A stretch of DNA of 64,000 nt, from the NCBI GenBank assembly GCA_030390025.1, contig CM059433.1, positions 31,746,001-31,810,000 of the forward strand, written 5' to 3'. Positions 1 to 12,050 of the stretch are shown in pieces (within the stretch, counting starts at the first letter, position 1; each line of letters begins with the position of its first letter). This DNA comes from Squalus acanthias (taxonomy: Eukaryota). The position numbers and the translations under genes are program-made. Under the pieces are notes generated by a model, which did no database searches, had not been told where the DNA came from, and saw nothing but the letters and a program-made list of their open reading frames with translations.

Positions 1-334
1 CCGGACATCTCGACCCCTCCAAGCCCTCCAGAGCGACGGTCCGCCTCGCTAAATCGGCATGGTTTGGACCTGTCGGGAAGCCCACACTTCAGGGCTAAAA
101 ATAGGGATTAGGCAAAAAACTGCCTGTTAACTACCTGTTAACAGGCAGTTTATTGGCACTAATCCCCTTCCCGCCTCGGGGCGGCGGGTCCCAGCACAGG
201 TCGGGTACCCGCCTCCTGTGAAACTGGCATGGAGGCGGGTTGGGGGCGGGATGGGTTCGGGACCCCCGAATCTGCTATTTTCCCACCCCACACGCCTCCA
301 AACCCGACTCCACGGGCCGGTGAAAATTGAGCCC
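1..334. mobile_element. Right-hand part of a GC-rich PIF/Harbinger-type MITE, cut by the window edge
   Basis: CpG-rich, with internal palindromes (aactgcctgttaac...gttaacaggcagtt); ends in GAAAATTGAGCCC, like the termini of other MITEs in the window. Confidence 0.55.
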
Positions 335-677
335 TATGCCTCTATCTATAAAGCCCAGGATCCCATATGCTTTATTAACTGCTTTGTTAACCTGTCCTGC
401 CATCTTCAAAGATTTGTTCACAAACACCCCCAGGTCTCTCTGTTCTTGCACCCCCTTTAAAATTGACCCATTTAGCTTGTACGTTCCTCATTCTTCCTAC
501 CAAAATGAATCACCTCACACCTTTCTGCGTTGAATTTCATCTGCCATGTGTCTGCCCATTCCACCAACCTATCTATGTCCTCTTGAAGTCTATTACTATC
601 TTCCTCACTGTTTACTACACTTCCAAGTTTAGTGTCATCAGCATATTTTGAAATTGTGCCCTGTACCCCCAAATACA
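335..677 (-). mobile_element. CR1-type LINE RT fragment
   Basis: ORF 472..678(-) reads SKYADDTKLG...RLQEDIDRLVEWADTWQMKFNAERCEVIHFG, the same region as ORF2 at 1827..4967. Confidence 0.85.
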
Positions 678-1298
678 AATACTATTTTTACAGCACAGGC
701 TTTTCTGCTTGCTGCTCATACCCGTTTTCCAAATTGCCGATTCAATGGAAGGAGATTTTAAACATGTCTTGTAACCTATGTGCAGTCTTGCTTTTTAACT
801 GCAGTGGAGAAAAGAGAAATCCGATATAGAGATTTGAAGACTTCAGTTACCAGATTTAGGTACTGAGGAAATCATTTCTGGTCAGAGACTATCAGGAGGT
901 CAAAGTTGCACTTGGGTATTGTGAATGCATGATTCACAAAAATATTGGCATCTTTCATGTTATTTTAGAACTAAGGCTCAGAAGGCTCACAGCAGGGATT
1001 GCAGTAGTGGTTGCTATATTTAATATTTGATGGTCACGATGTGGTTTTACTATCATTAATCACTCTTCCACCTTGCTATACACCATGTGGAGAGAGATGC
1101 CATTAAAAGCAAAACTATAGTTAAGACTCCTTGTATGAATGTCTGTTTTAATCCAAGCTGATTACAATCCATTCCTCTCCTAACTCAAGGGGCTGAATGG
1201 CCTCCTCCTGTTCCTATGTTCTTCCTATTTTCCTAACCCACGTACATCACTCAGTGCTTGCATTACAATTCCTTTCCCATCTCTCATCTCCACCTTTT

Positions 1299-1983
1299 GC
1301 AGGGCAATATCAGGAAGGTAGTGCAGGAGTCCCCTGTGGTCATCTCCCTCCAAAATAGGTATGCCGCTTTGGATACTGTTGGGGGAGATGGCCTACCAGG
1401 GGAAGGCACTAGCAGCCAGGTTCATGGCACCATGGCTGGCTCTGCTGCACAGCAGGGCGGGAAAAAGAGTGGCAGGGCTATAGTGATAGGGGACTCAATT
1501 GTAAGGGGAACAGACAGGAGTTTCTGTGGCCGCAACCGAGATTCCAGGATGGTATGTTGCCTCCCTGGTGCAAGGGTCAAGGATGTCTCGGAGCGGCTGC
1601 AGAACATTCTGAAGAGGGAGGGTGAACAGCCAGCTGTCGTGGTGCATGTAGGTACCAACAATATAGGTAAAAAGCGGGAAGAGGTCCTACAAGCAGAATT
1701 TAGGGAGCTAGGAGCTAAATTAAAAAGTAGGACCTCTAAGGTAGTAATCTCTGGATTGCTACCAGGGCCACGTGCTAATCAGAATAGAGAGAACAGGATA
1801 GTGAGATTGAATACGTGGCTTGAGCAGTGGTGCAGGAGGGAGGGATTCAAATTCCTGAGGCATTGGAACCAGTTCTGGGGGAAGTGGGACCTGTACAAAA
1901 GGGACGGTCTGCACTTGGGCAGGACTGGAACCGATGTCCTCGGGGTAATATTTGCCAAAGCAGTTCGGGAGGATTTAAACTAA
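1299..1983 (+). CDS. CR1 ORF1, C-terminal SGNH/GDSL esterase-like domain (5' end missing)
   Basis: Motifs VIGDSIVR, CLPGA, VHVGTNN and DGLHL, typical of CR1 ORF1 esterases. Confidence 0.88.
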
Positions 1984-4967
1984 TATGGCAGGGGAATGGG
2001 AACCTATGTAGCGAAACAGGGGGAAGTAATATGCAGTCAGAAACAAATGTTAGAAGGGTGAGAAACAATAGGGGAAGGCCGAGTAAACAAAGGCAAGAAA
2101 CACAAAGGGCCATACTAAATCATAAGTCTAAAAGGACAAAGGATGTTAATAAAACAAGCCTAAAGGCTCTGTGTCTTAATGCAAGGAGTATCCGTAATAA
2201 GGTGGATGAATTGACTGTGCAAATAGATGTTAACGGATATGATGTGATTGGGATTACAGAGACGTGGCTCCAGAACAATCAAGGCTGGGAACTGAACATC
2301 CAGGGGTATTCAACATTCAGAAAGGATAGAATAAAAGGAAAAGGGGGTGGGGTAGCATTGCTGGTTAAAGAGGAGATTAATGCAATAGCTAGGAAGGACA
2401 TCAGCTTGGAGGATGTGGAATCAATATGGGTTGAGCTGCAGAACACCAAAGGGCAGAAAACGTTAGTGGGAGTTGTGTACAGACCTCCAAACAGCAGTAG
2501 TGAGGTGGGGGAGGGTATGAAACAGGAAATCAGAGGAGCGTGCAAAAAAGGCACGGCAGTTATCATGGGTGACTTTAATATGCATATAGATTGGGCTACT
2601 CAAACTGGAAGCAATACGGTGGAGGAGGATTTCCTGGAGTGTTTAAGGGATGGTTTCCTAAACCAATATGTTGAGGAACCAACTCGAGGGGAGGCCATCC
2701 TGGACTGGGTGTTGTGTAATGAGGAGGGACTAATCAGCAATCTTGTGGTACGAGGCCCCCTGGGGAAGAGTGACCATAGTATGGTGGAGTTCTACATTAG
2801 GATGGAGAAGGAAACAGTTAAGTCAGAGACCATGGTCCAGAACTTAAATAAGGGCAACTTTGAGGGTATGAGGCGTGAATTGGCGAGGTTAAATTGGCAA
2901 GCGATATTTAAGGGGCTATCAGTGGAAGGGCAATGGCAGACATTTGGAGATCGCATGGATGAACTACAACAATTGTACATCCCGGTCTGGCGTAAAAATA
3001 AAAAAGGGAAGGTGGCTCAACCATGGCTAACAAGGGAAATCAGGGATAGTATTAAAACCAAGGAAGTTGCATACAAATTGGCCAGAAGTAGCAGCAAACC
3101 CAGGGACTGGGAGAACTTCAAAACTCAGCAGAGGAGGACGAAGGGTTTGATTAGGGCAGGGAAAATAAAATATGAAAGGAAGCTTGCAGAGAACATTAAA
3201 ATGGACTGCAAAAGCTTCTATAAATATGTAAAAAGAAAGAGGTTAGTAAAAACAAACGTAGGTCCCCTGCAGTCGGAAACAGGGGAAGTCGTAATGGGGA
3301 ACAAGGAAATGGCAGATCAATTGAACAAGTACTTTGGTTCGGTGTTTACTGTGGAGGACACACACAACCTGCCGGAAATAAAAGGGGTCAGAGGATCTGG
3401 TAAGAGGGAGGAGCTGAGGGAAATCCTTATTAGTCGGGAAAAGGTATTGGGGAAATTGATGGGACTGAAGGCTGAAAAATCCCCGGGGCCTGATGGTCTG
3501 CATCCCAGAGTACTTAAGGAGGTGGCCTTGGAAATAGTGGATGCATTGACGATCATTTTCCAACATTCCTTAGACTCTGGATCAGTTCCGATGGAGTGGA
3601 GGGTGGCCAATGTAACCCCTCTTTTTAAAAAAGGAGGGAGGGAGAAAGCAGGGAATTATAGACCGGTCAGCCTGACATCGGTCGTGGGTAAAATGATGGA
3701 AGCAATTATTAAAGATGTCATAACAGACCATTTGGAAAGTGGCGACATGATAGGTCCAAGTCAACATGGATTTGTGAAAGGGAAATCATGCTTGACAAAT
3801 CTTCTGGAATTTTTTGAGGATGTTTCCAATAGGGTGGACAGGGGGGAACCAGTAGATGTGGTGTATTTGGACTTTCAGAAGGCCTTCGACAAGGTCCCAC
3901 ACAAGAGATTGGTGAGCAAAGTTAAAGCACATGGGATTGGGGGTAATGTGTTGACGTGGATTGAGAACTGGTTGGCACACAGGAAACAAAGAGTAGGAGT
4001 AAATGGGTACTTTTCAGAATGGCAGGCAGTGACCAGTGGAGTACCGCAGGGTTCGGTGCTGGGACCCCAGCTGTTTACATTATATATTAATGATTTGGAC
4101 GAAGGGATTAAATGTAATATCTCCAAATTTGTGGATGACACTAAATTGGGAGGCAGTGTGAACAATGAGGAGGATGCTAGGAGGCTACAGAGTGACTTGG
4201 ACAGGTTGGGTGAATGGGCAAATGTATGGCAGATGAAGTACAATGTGGATAAATGTGAGGTTATCCACTTTGGTGGTAAAAATAGAGAGGCGGACTATTA
4301 CCTGAATGGTGGCAGATTAGGGAAAGGGGACGTGCAACGAGACCTGGGCGTCATGGTACATCAGTCACTGAAGGTGGGAATGCAAGTGCAGCAGGCAGTC
4401 AAGAAAGCAAACGGAATGATGGCCTTCATAGCAAGGGGATTTGAGTACAGGAGTAGGGAGGTGATGCTACAGTTGTACAGGGCCTTGGTGAGGCCACACC
4501 TGGAGTATTGTGCGCAGTTTTGGTCTCCTAACTTAAGGAAGGACATTCTTGCTATTGAGGGAGTGCAGCGAAGGTTCACTAGATTGATTCCTGGGATGGC
4601 CGGACTGACATATCAAGAAAGATTGGGTCAACTGAACTTGTATCCTCTGGAGTTCAGAAGAATGAGGGGGGATCTTATAGAGACATTTAAAATCCTGACT
4701 GGTTTAGACAAATTAGATGCGGGCAGAATGTTCCCAATGGTAGGGAAAACTAGAACCAGGGGTCACAGTCTAAGGATTAAGGGGAAGCCATTTAGGACTG
4801 AGCTGAGGAGGAACTTCTTCACCCAGAGAGTGGTGAATCTATGGAATTCTCTTCCACAGAAGGTTGTTGAGGCCAGTTCGCTAAATATATTCAAAAGGGA
4901 GTTAGATATAACACTCACAACTAAGGGGATCAAGGGGTATGGCGAGAAAGCAGGAATGGGGTACTGA
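1827..4967 (+). CDS. CR1 ORF2: apurinic-like endonuclease plus reverse transcriptase, uninterrupted (first in-frame ATG at 2031)
   Basis: APE motifs LNARSI, ITETW, YRPP, MGDFN, SDH; RT motifs [35 protein letters not shown]. Confidence 0.95.
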   Translation: MVQEGGIQIPEALEPVLGEVGPVQKGRSALGQDWNRCPRGNICQSSSGGFKLIWQGNGNLCSETGGSNMQSETNVRRVRNNRGRPSKQRQETQRAILNHKSKRTKDVNKTSLKALCLNARSIRNKVDELTVQIDVNGYDVIGITETWLQNNQGWELNIQGYSTFRKDRIKGKGGGVALLVKEEINAIARKDISLEDVESIWVELQNTKGQKTLVGVVYRPPNSSSEVGEGMKQEIRGACKKGTAVIMGDFNMHIDWATQTGSNTVEEDFLECLRDGFLNQYVEEPTRGEAILDWVLCNEEGLISNLVVRGPLGKSDHSMVEFYIRMEKETVKSETMVQNLNKGNFEGMRRELARLNWQAIFKGLSVEGQWQTFGDRMDELQQLYIPVWRKNKKGKVAQPWLTREIRDSIKTKEVAYKLARSSSKPRDWENFKTQQRRTKGLIRAGKIKYERKLAENIKMDCKSFYKYVKRKRLVKTNVGPLQSETGEVVMGNKEMADQLNKYFGSVFTVEDTHNLPEIKGVRGSGKREELREILISREKVLGKLMGLKAEKSPGPDGLHPRVLKEVALEIVDALTIIFQHSLDSGSVPMEWRVANVTPLFKKGGREKAGNYRPVSLTSVVGKMMEAIIKDVITDHLESGDMIGPSQHGFVKGKSCLTNLLEFFEDVSNRVDRGEPVDVVYLDFQKAFDKVPHKRLVSKVKAHGIGGNVLTWIENWLAHRKQRVGVNGYFSEWQAVTSGVPQGSVLGPQLFTLYINDLDEGIKCNISKFVDDTKLGGSVNNEEDARRLQSDLDRLGEWANVWQMKYNVDKCEVIHFGGKNREADYYLNGGRLGKGDVQRDLGVMVHQSLKVGMQVQQAVKKANGMMAFIARGFEYRSREVMLQLYRALVRPHLEYCAQFWSPNLRKDILAIEGVQRRFTRLIPGMAGLTYQERLGQLNLYPLEFRRMRGDLIETFKILTGLDKLDAGRMFPMVGKTRTRGHSLRIKGKPFRTELRRNFFTQRVVNLWNSLPQKVVEASSLNIFKRELDITLTTKGIKGYGEKAGMGY

Positions 4968-6759
4968 GGTAGCATGTTCAGCCATGAACGCATTGAATGG
5001 CGGTGCAGGCTCGAAGGACCGAATGGTCTACTCCTGTACCTATTTTCTATGTTTCTATGTTTTCATTGTCTCTCACATTCCGTGCTACCTTTCCTGTGTG
5101 CTTGCTTCCTTATTTAGTTTCTCTACATTTCTTGTTGCATATCCTAGATTAATCATTTCTTTTTTTGGCCTTCCATTCTTGGGTTCTCCCCACTCTTTTT
5201 TTGGTTTCTCCATCACTCCTGGTCCATTTCCTGCTTCTCCGTAATTCTTGCTACTCTTTTATAACTTCTTTTCTTGCTTTATTTCCTGTCTTCTCAGTTT
5301 CCCCATATCTTCTCTTCCACTTCCCTTGCATCTGAAGCTTACTGTTCATTTCCCTTCCCATTCCTACTTTTTTCAGTTTCTTCACCTTGTCTGTCTCTGC
5401 TTCTCACTCCCTCTAGAGAGCTGGTTTTGAAATAAGGGGGTATAGTCCTTATCATCAGCTTCATCTGAAATGAGCTAGTGGTTATTGCAGTATATAAGTA
5501 GTTAATCGCATGCTGAATGATCAAATTAATGAGGTAACAGGCAAAGAACAAGGCCAGCACTGAAAGCAATTGCTGGACATACAACTAGAACAGGTTCCAA
5601 ATGAAGAATTAAGACTGTTTGAAATCTTCACCTACAGGAACACTATTCCAAAAGCACTCTGAGGAACCCTATGAAAATTAGATCGAGCAATAAGGAGGAG
5701 GGATAGAGAAGATGGGTAAATGGAATAAAAATAGTGAAAGGGAGGAACTGACCGAAAAGAGGACCAAGCATCACGGAGAAGGTATAAAATACAGTGAGTC
5801 GTGAGGACGAGTAGGGAAAGACAACAAGAAGATGGGCAAGAAGGACATCACACTGGATGTGCAGAGATCGATGAGTGATCTCAATGCAGATCATGATTTG
5901 TTATTTGTCTACCCTCACCCCAGTTCACAATGCAACAGCAATGGAACCACTTTTCTCAAGAGCACTACAGTAGTGTTCAATTGTGTGTTGATCAGAAGCC
6001 AAAAGTGATTCATTACCTTGATTCTCCATTCTATATAACCCCAAATTTAAATTATAATTGAATATACTCTGCTAGTGCCACAAGAGAAATAGACAAGAGT
6101 GCATTGAAATCAATAATTAAATGAATGAAAACAACAGTTTGTGTCTCTCAAAGCAAATAACAAACAAATACAAATAAGACAGTAATTCAACACAAAACAA
6201 CCCTGTCATCACATTGACATTGAGGTAGCTCAAATTTCTGATCATGGGATGCCAAGCAGTATTATTAGTGATTATTCCACCATTTCAGAAAGCAAGCAGG
6301 AGCAAACTTTAAAAATCATATCCATCATATCACAGCAAAACATATATTTGTTCACACCAACTATAAATCTACCTGCAGCACAGCATCATGCATAGCCAGA
6401 GTCATGCCCCAACCTCTGTAAAATCAATTTAATACAGAAAATGCAATGGTTCATGCCTAGTCTGTTTTCCACACTACACCATCCTGTTGGGAGTGCCTGG
6501 GTTCTTTCGCTGTAGGGCACTGACCCATAAAAATGTACCTGAATGACTTGTCATATCAAAGGAAAACTGCACTGGCTTTTACTTCGTACAAAATAATTAC
6601 AAAAAAAAATTAGGGGGTACAACTTTCTCTCAGCCCATATTCTCAGTGCTGCGTGGGCAGCATGCACCCAACCCACAACTGGGCCTCGAACCTCATTAAC
6701 ATTTTAGTCCCCAGTTGATGGTGCCTGCTCAGGCAGCTCTTGCATTTGAGGAGCATGAG

Positions 6760-6935
6760 GGGTAGAAATTGGAACTCATTGCACCCGTTTTGCAGGCATA
6801 AAACGGGTGCAACAAGGACCAATTTTGGGGACCAAAGTCTCATGGCCAAAAGACGCCTGTAAGATGGGTCGGCCCATTTTTCAGGTATCCCGATCGGCCG
6901 CATAAACAGGCGTTAGGCCCCCAACATATGTACAT
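6760..6935. mobile_element. Left end of a Harbinger-type MITE
   Basis: Starts GGGGTAGAAATT (same terminus type as 61128-61139); palindrome gcacccgtttt...aaaacgggtgc. Confidence 0.5.
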
Positions 6936-6949
6936 CAGGGTATCAGCAA

Positions 6950-7165
6950 GAGCTGGGGACAGTGGAGGGCATCAAGAGAGGGGGAACAGGAGAGTCAGTG
7001 AGAAGAGGCAAGTGGACACACACAGAAGGGGTCAGCAAGAAAGGAGGAATAGGGACAGTAATGGGCAGGGGATAGAGGGGCTCATGGAGACAGCAAGAAA
7101 GGGAGGAGGATATACAGGAGCATGCGGTAAAAGAGTAAGGGGACAGTGAGGAGGGGTCTGTAGGG
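6950..7165. repeat. Degenerate purine-rich minisatellite or low-complexity tract
   Basis: Recurring ggggacagtgag/gaggggg-like units. Confidence 0.45.
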
Positions 7166-7599
7166 GCTCAGTCGCCCTACTTCCTGTGAGCAATGCCACG
7201 AGCAATCAAATATATATCCCAGCAGCTCGACTGTTTAAAAAATAGGACAAACGTATAATAATCTACAGCATCTCATTTGCATTAAATGCTATATAAACTG
7301 CATATTAAATTGTATATACTTTACTTAATACTGTCTAATAAATTAGACCTTGTAATATATCATTTACTTTTTCACGTTAATTACATTTTTATAGCATACT
7401 ATATTGAATCCAAACATTATATCAAACTTATTTCATATACAATTCCAACTCATTTCTCAATTAATTGAATTAATTCAATTTATTTCTATTTCCAAATAGA
7501 TTTTCAATTATTTTACATTTCTATTTTTAACCAATATTAACTTTATTCTGGACAACACCAGAAAATGTCAAAATCAAGCATTCTCTTTCGCATCATTTA

Positions 7600-9345
7600 A
7601 TACTCCTCCTAAACACCATGGAGGAATATTTCTGGAAATGGAGGCTCAAGCCAAGCCCCCACAGCATTCCATCTTGACAACGGGAATGCTAAACGGACCC
7701 TGAAAGTGACCTACTGCGGCAACACTGCGACATGACCCCGCTCCGATCTACCTCGGGGTGAAGCTGGACAGCACGATAACCTTCCATGACCACTTGAAGA
7801 AGGTAGCCACCAAAACAAAGACAAGGGTCAACCTGATCCAGGAATTGGCAAGCAGAAGCTGGGTAGCATCAGCATCCATGCTACGGACATCAGCAATGTC
7901 ATGTGTATACTCTGTAGCCGAGTACTGTGCACCAGTATGGACCAGAAGTAGCCATACTTGACTTGTTGATGTTAAACTGAGCACTGCAATGCGGTGCATC
8001 ACTGGAACCTTCAAGTCAACCCCAATAGCCTGGTTGCCAGTGTTGTGGCACTTCGCTGCCCCATCCATTCGCCGCGATGCCACAACCTTCCGGGAAATCC
8101 AGCGAATCGTGGAAAACTAAAGTTTCCCCATCTAACAGGATCTCAACAATGTCCCTCGCCACCGCTTGAAGTTGTGCAAGCTTTTTTGGACCCACGCGCT
8201 TAAACTTCGACAATGCGAATTCAACCCTGATGATGCTTGGAAAGCCAAATGGAGTTCACAAGAAATCACAAGCACCTCGTGGAAGACCCGATGCAGAAGT
8301 TCCCTGGCTTCGATCTTCCGCGAAGCTTATGGGCAACTCTAATCCGCATCCGCACAAACCATGGCAAATGCGGATACTTGATCCACAAATGGAGAATTAA
8401 AAACTCCCAGTGTGCAACTGTGGTCACCCAGGATAGACCATGGAATATATAACGATCCAATGCCCGATTCACAAATACGAAGGAGGCATCACAGTGATAC
8501 ACTCCGCTACTCCCGACGCAATTATCTGGCTTAACCACCTAAATATTAAATTATAGGCCGAGATTTGGCGGTGGGTATGGTGGCATGCTCTTAGAGTACA
8601 CCGTCATACCTCGTTTGAAATCCACCGCAAGTTTGGGATTTCCACAGGCGCTTGCGCTAAATCCTGAACTTGTGGTCTGTCGACATATGTGTTGACAGGT
8701 CATCCGCATGGCCCATGAAAAAGCAATTGCTGGCACAGAGTTGGGCTATTTGCCCACCAACTGCCCAACAATTGCTTATGGAAATGTTATGGTTGATACA
8801 AACAGACACGGGGCCTGTTTGCCTCAGTGTAAGGGGATACCTCAGGCATGTTTTAAACATTTTCATCTCGGAAATCAAATAGTTTAACTGTATCAAATGA
8901 GTTTTTCTTGTTTCTGCAAAAATTAGAGTTCTAATGATGTCGATAAAATTATCAACAAAATTAAATTTTTAGTGAAGTTGGTGGTATGAAGCTAATTAGG
9001 AATTAAATTCCAATCCTGTAAATTGTAATTAAATCCAATTATGGAATTCCATTAAATCTGATTACGGGATTCCCTTCTGTAATATGTAAAATTTAATTCT
9101 GTTTTCTGATTGGAGGACTAGGCCCACGTGATCCCAGGTACACTTCCGCACAGGCTGCGCCACTGGGATCTATGGGCCATTACGCTGCCTTTCCACTCGC
9201 AGCGTCAGACCGTAAGTTTTTGTAGGACAGCCGCCATCAGGTAGGTGCATATTCTTTTCACAGGTCGGTACTCCGGAGGTAGGCCGCCGACCGCAATTTT
9301 TGACCCATAGTTGTTGCTCTATATCTACATCAGCCATACAAAGTA
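7600..9345 (+). mobile_element. 3' fragment of a Vingi/Ingi-like LINE (RT C-terminus), decayed and interrupted by a MITE
   Basis: YLGVKLDSTITF...KTRVNLIQELASRSW...LRTSA...YSVAEYCAPVW and TPIAWLPV...IRR motifs, followed by a C-terminal Cys/His motif; the short 3' end resumes after 9306 (cagccatac). Confidence 0.7.
8556..9306. mobile_element. MITE with imperfect TIRs and a 3-bp TSD (ATA), PIF/Harbinger-like
   Basis: ata|GGCCGAGATTTGGCGGT ... ACCGCAATTTTTGACCC|ata; GC-rich ends with an AT-rich core. Confidence 0.7.
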
Positions 9346-9833
9346 ATCGTAGTAAACTCCTCCTTATAAAACATCTATATGCTCACTTAATGTGAGCAAT
9401 GCCAAAGGAGGCAAACAATTATATCTTAACGCTTTGTGTTGGTCACATTTCAGTTGCCACATTTTGTTACAGATGCAAAGCAATCTTAAAACATATATAT
9501 AAATAAGCAGCATAAATCCATCCATTTCCCATTGCCATTAATCTAGTGAGAGGCAATTATCTTCAAATTGACCTCCGAATGTTCCTCTCTACAGCAATTA
9601 GACCATGTGGCCTGAACGGGATAGGTAATTTTACACGCAGTTGCACCTTAGCCACAGAAAAATACATTTTGCGTTGTACAAGATTACGTTCATAGTGTAT
9701 CCTGTGACCTGCATCACTGAGCATTTAATAAATATCAACGTTTTCTAAATAGGGATTGAACTATATTTCTTTCTTCAAATGACATGTAGCTCCAACCTGC
9801 AAAGGAGAGCAAAGTTCTACATTTTGTCATTTA

Positions 9834-10273
9834 TCAGCTGTGGCTCAGCCGGTAGCACTCTCGCCTCTTAGTCAGTAAGGGTTGTGGGTTCAAACCCCAC
9901 TCCAGAGACTTGAGCACATAATCTAGGCTAACGTTTCAGTGCAGTACTGAGGGAGCGCTGCATTCACTGTCGGAGGTGTAGTCTTTTTGATAAGACGTTA
10001 AACCAAGATAAAAGATTCCATGGAACTATGTGAAGAAGAGCAGGGGAGTTCTTACCAGAGTCCTAGCCAATATTTATCCCTCAACCAACACCAGTAAAAT
10101 AGATTATCTGGTCATTATTTCATTGCTGTTTGTGGGACCTTGCTGTGTGCAAATTGGCTGCCGTATTTCCTGCATTACAACAGTGACTACAGTTCAAAAG
10201 TACTTCATTGCTTATAAAGTGCTTTGGGACGTCTGAGGTCATGAAAGGGGAAATATAAATGCAAGTTCTTTCT
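9834..10273 (+). mobile_element. tRNA-headed DeuSINE (SacSINE1/AmnSINE-like) with L2-type tail
   Basis: A-box TGGCTCAG..GG, B-box GGTTCAAACCC, Deu-like core (gacgttaaacc, gattatctggtcatt), tail ATATAAATGCAAG. Confidence 0.8.
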
Positions 10274-10942
10274 TATGTAATATTCTAACAATGAACGCAG
10301 TTGAACAGAAACCTCACAATCTGTGGAATTTTTTTTTTGATTACATTCAATTCACTGAATTATACTTGTTCTATTTTCTGTATAGGCATCAATGTAATCC
10401 TTCGAAACATTGACTAAACCCACAGTAACAGCTCAAAGAGGGAAACTTACAGTATTACTCGTGGTTACAAAGCATGTCTGTTTGCACAAGATTGGCATTT
10501 GCACATAGTAAGGGAGGACTTTTTATTGACAGTAAAGCACTTTGGGACATCCTGAGGTTGTGAAAGGTGCTATATAAATGCAAGTTGTTCTTTATTTGTG
10601 CACATCTTTTATCACTGAATACAGTTCTCAGCACTGTTCCTGCTAGACAGCATACACTGACTAAAGCATTCTACAAGTATGTCTGCTGCTAAGGTAGATT
10701 CACATCAGCTCCTGACTATTAAAACATCCCTGTCGGCAATTAAATATATCACCATCAAATGGGGATTAATTTATTCCACAACTGATCAGCTTCACAGACT
10801 GCATGCTGGCCCTCTACCAGCGAGCTACTGTTGCTTTGGAGCAATATGATTTAAACACTGTAGTAATTATTGGCAAGCAACAGTCAAATTGATAGTGAAA
10901 ATAAAATGGAAACTTAAAACCTAATGCCGACTTGAGCTTCAC

Positions 10943-11056
10943 CTTTGTACTCACGGTCACACACGCAAACAAAAGTATTCAGTGTCATGTTGCTGCAGTT
11001 TCCATGGATACAGACATGTGGCTCACACTGTCCAATCATCTCAGAACAATTATCAC
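10943..11056 (-). CDS. EYS: EYS second coding exon (114 nt, phase 1/1, one EGF-like domain)
   Basis: ttttgcacag|GT...AAAG|gtgaag; translates (G)DNCSEMIGQCEPHVCIHGNCSNMTLNTFVCVCDREYK(G), matching the recalled human EYS exon 5 peptide (KNCSEIIGQCQPHVCFHGNCSN...FICECD); phase fits the upstream exon. Confidence 0.93.
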
Positions 11057-11659
11057 CTGTGCAAAACATCAAAATTAAGAGTTAATTATAATTCACCATC
11101 AGCTTTAACCGACTGACGGCAACATTAACCTGTAGGCCTTTTATAGTAAAAGGAACTCATTACAATAAATGTCAAGAAGCATAGTTAAATGCCAACTCTC
11201 ATTTCTGAGCCATTTATTTAATAATCAGCTACAGACTAAGTCTAAACCAAAATGATAAAATAAGAGCTAATTATCAGCTTCGCCAGTTTTGTTGCAGTTA
11301 ACCTATCAACCCTGTGGTGTTTCCCTTTGATAGAGCAGTTCACAAACAGCTTATAGATATTATTGTGACACCAACAAAGGGTGGTTGGCACTTCAATTTT
11401 AAAGTCAGCAGGCTGCCTGTAATTCCGAGGAAAAATATTTCCCTCTCTTTTAGCTATGGTATACTTTGTTTTAAACAGACTCCTAATACAAGTATAAATT
11501 GTTTATTGTAAAGGGCTCTTGGACAAAAGGATGCAGAACATTTCACTTCTGTAAATGTATTCTGATGATTTGCGACAAGGCTGGACCATCGTGTACCCGA
11601 TTACAACCTGAAACAACTTTTTTTTAAAGTCCTTTCCCCATCTCCCAATGGACTACTAC

Positions 11660-12050
11660 AGCAACAACAATGTGCACTTATATAGCGTCTGTAACATAGT
11701 AAAACGTCTTAAGTCCGCTTCACAGAAGCATTATCAGACAAAATTTGACGCGTCACATAATGAGATATTAGAATTGTTGACCAAAAGCTTGGTCAAAGAG
11801 GCAGGTTTTAAAGAACGTCTTAAAGGAGGAGAGAGAGGTAGAGATGTGAAGAGGTTTAGGGAGGGACTTCCAGAGCATGGGGCCTAGACAGCTGAAGGCA
11901 CAGCCGCCAATAGTGGGGCAAAGGAAATCGGGGTTGCGCAAGAGGCCAGAATTGGAGGAACACAAAGATTTTGGAGGGTTGTAGGGCTGGAGGAGGTTAC
12001 AGAGGTAGGGAGGGGCGAGGCCATGGAGGAATTTGAACACATTGATGAGT
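11660..12050 (-). mobile_element. L2-type LINE 3' fragment
   Basis: Minus-strand peptide FKFLHGLAPPYLCNLLQPYNP...RAFS..GP.LW.SLP...FKT; tail shared with the DeuSINE. Confidence 0.8.

Larger units (their letters stand above)
1296..5060 (+). mobile_element. 5'-truncated CR1-clade LINE (shark HER1-like) with intact ORF2
   Basis: Partial ORF1, complete APE-RT ORF2, 3' UTR with ggccgaatgg-type stem, and (TTTCTATG)n tail at about 5043-5060. Confidence 0.95.

Noticed and set aside
6370..6545. Possible third EYS coding exon (splice-like sites on the minus strand)
   Set aside because: No frame gave an EGF cysteine pattern; the next exon probably lies outside the window
7270..7545. Extremely AT-rich stretch with a 60-aa ORF
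   Set aside because: Low-complexity DNA with no coding or structural signature
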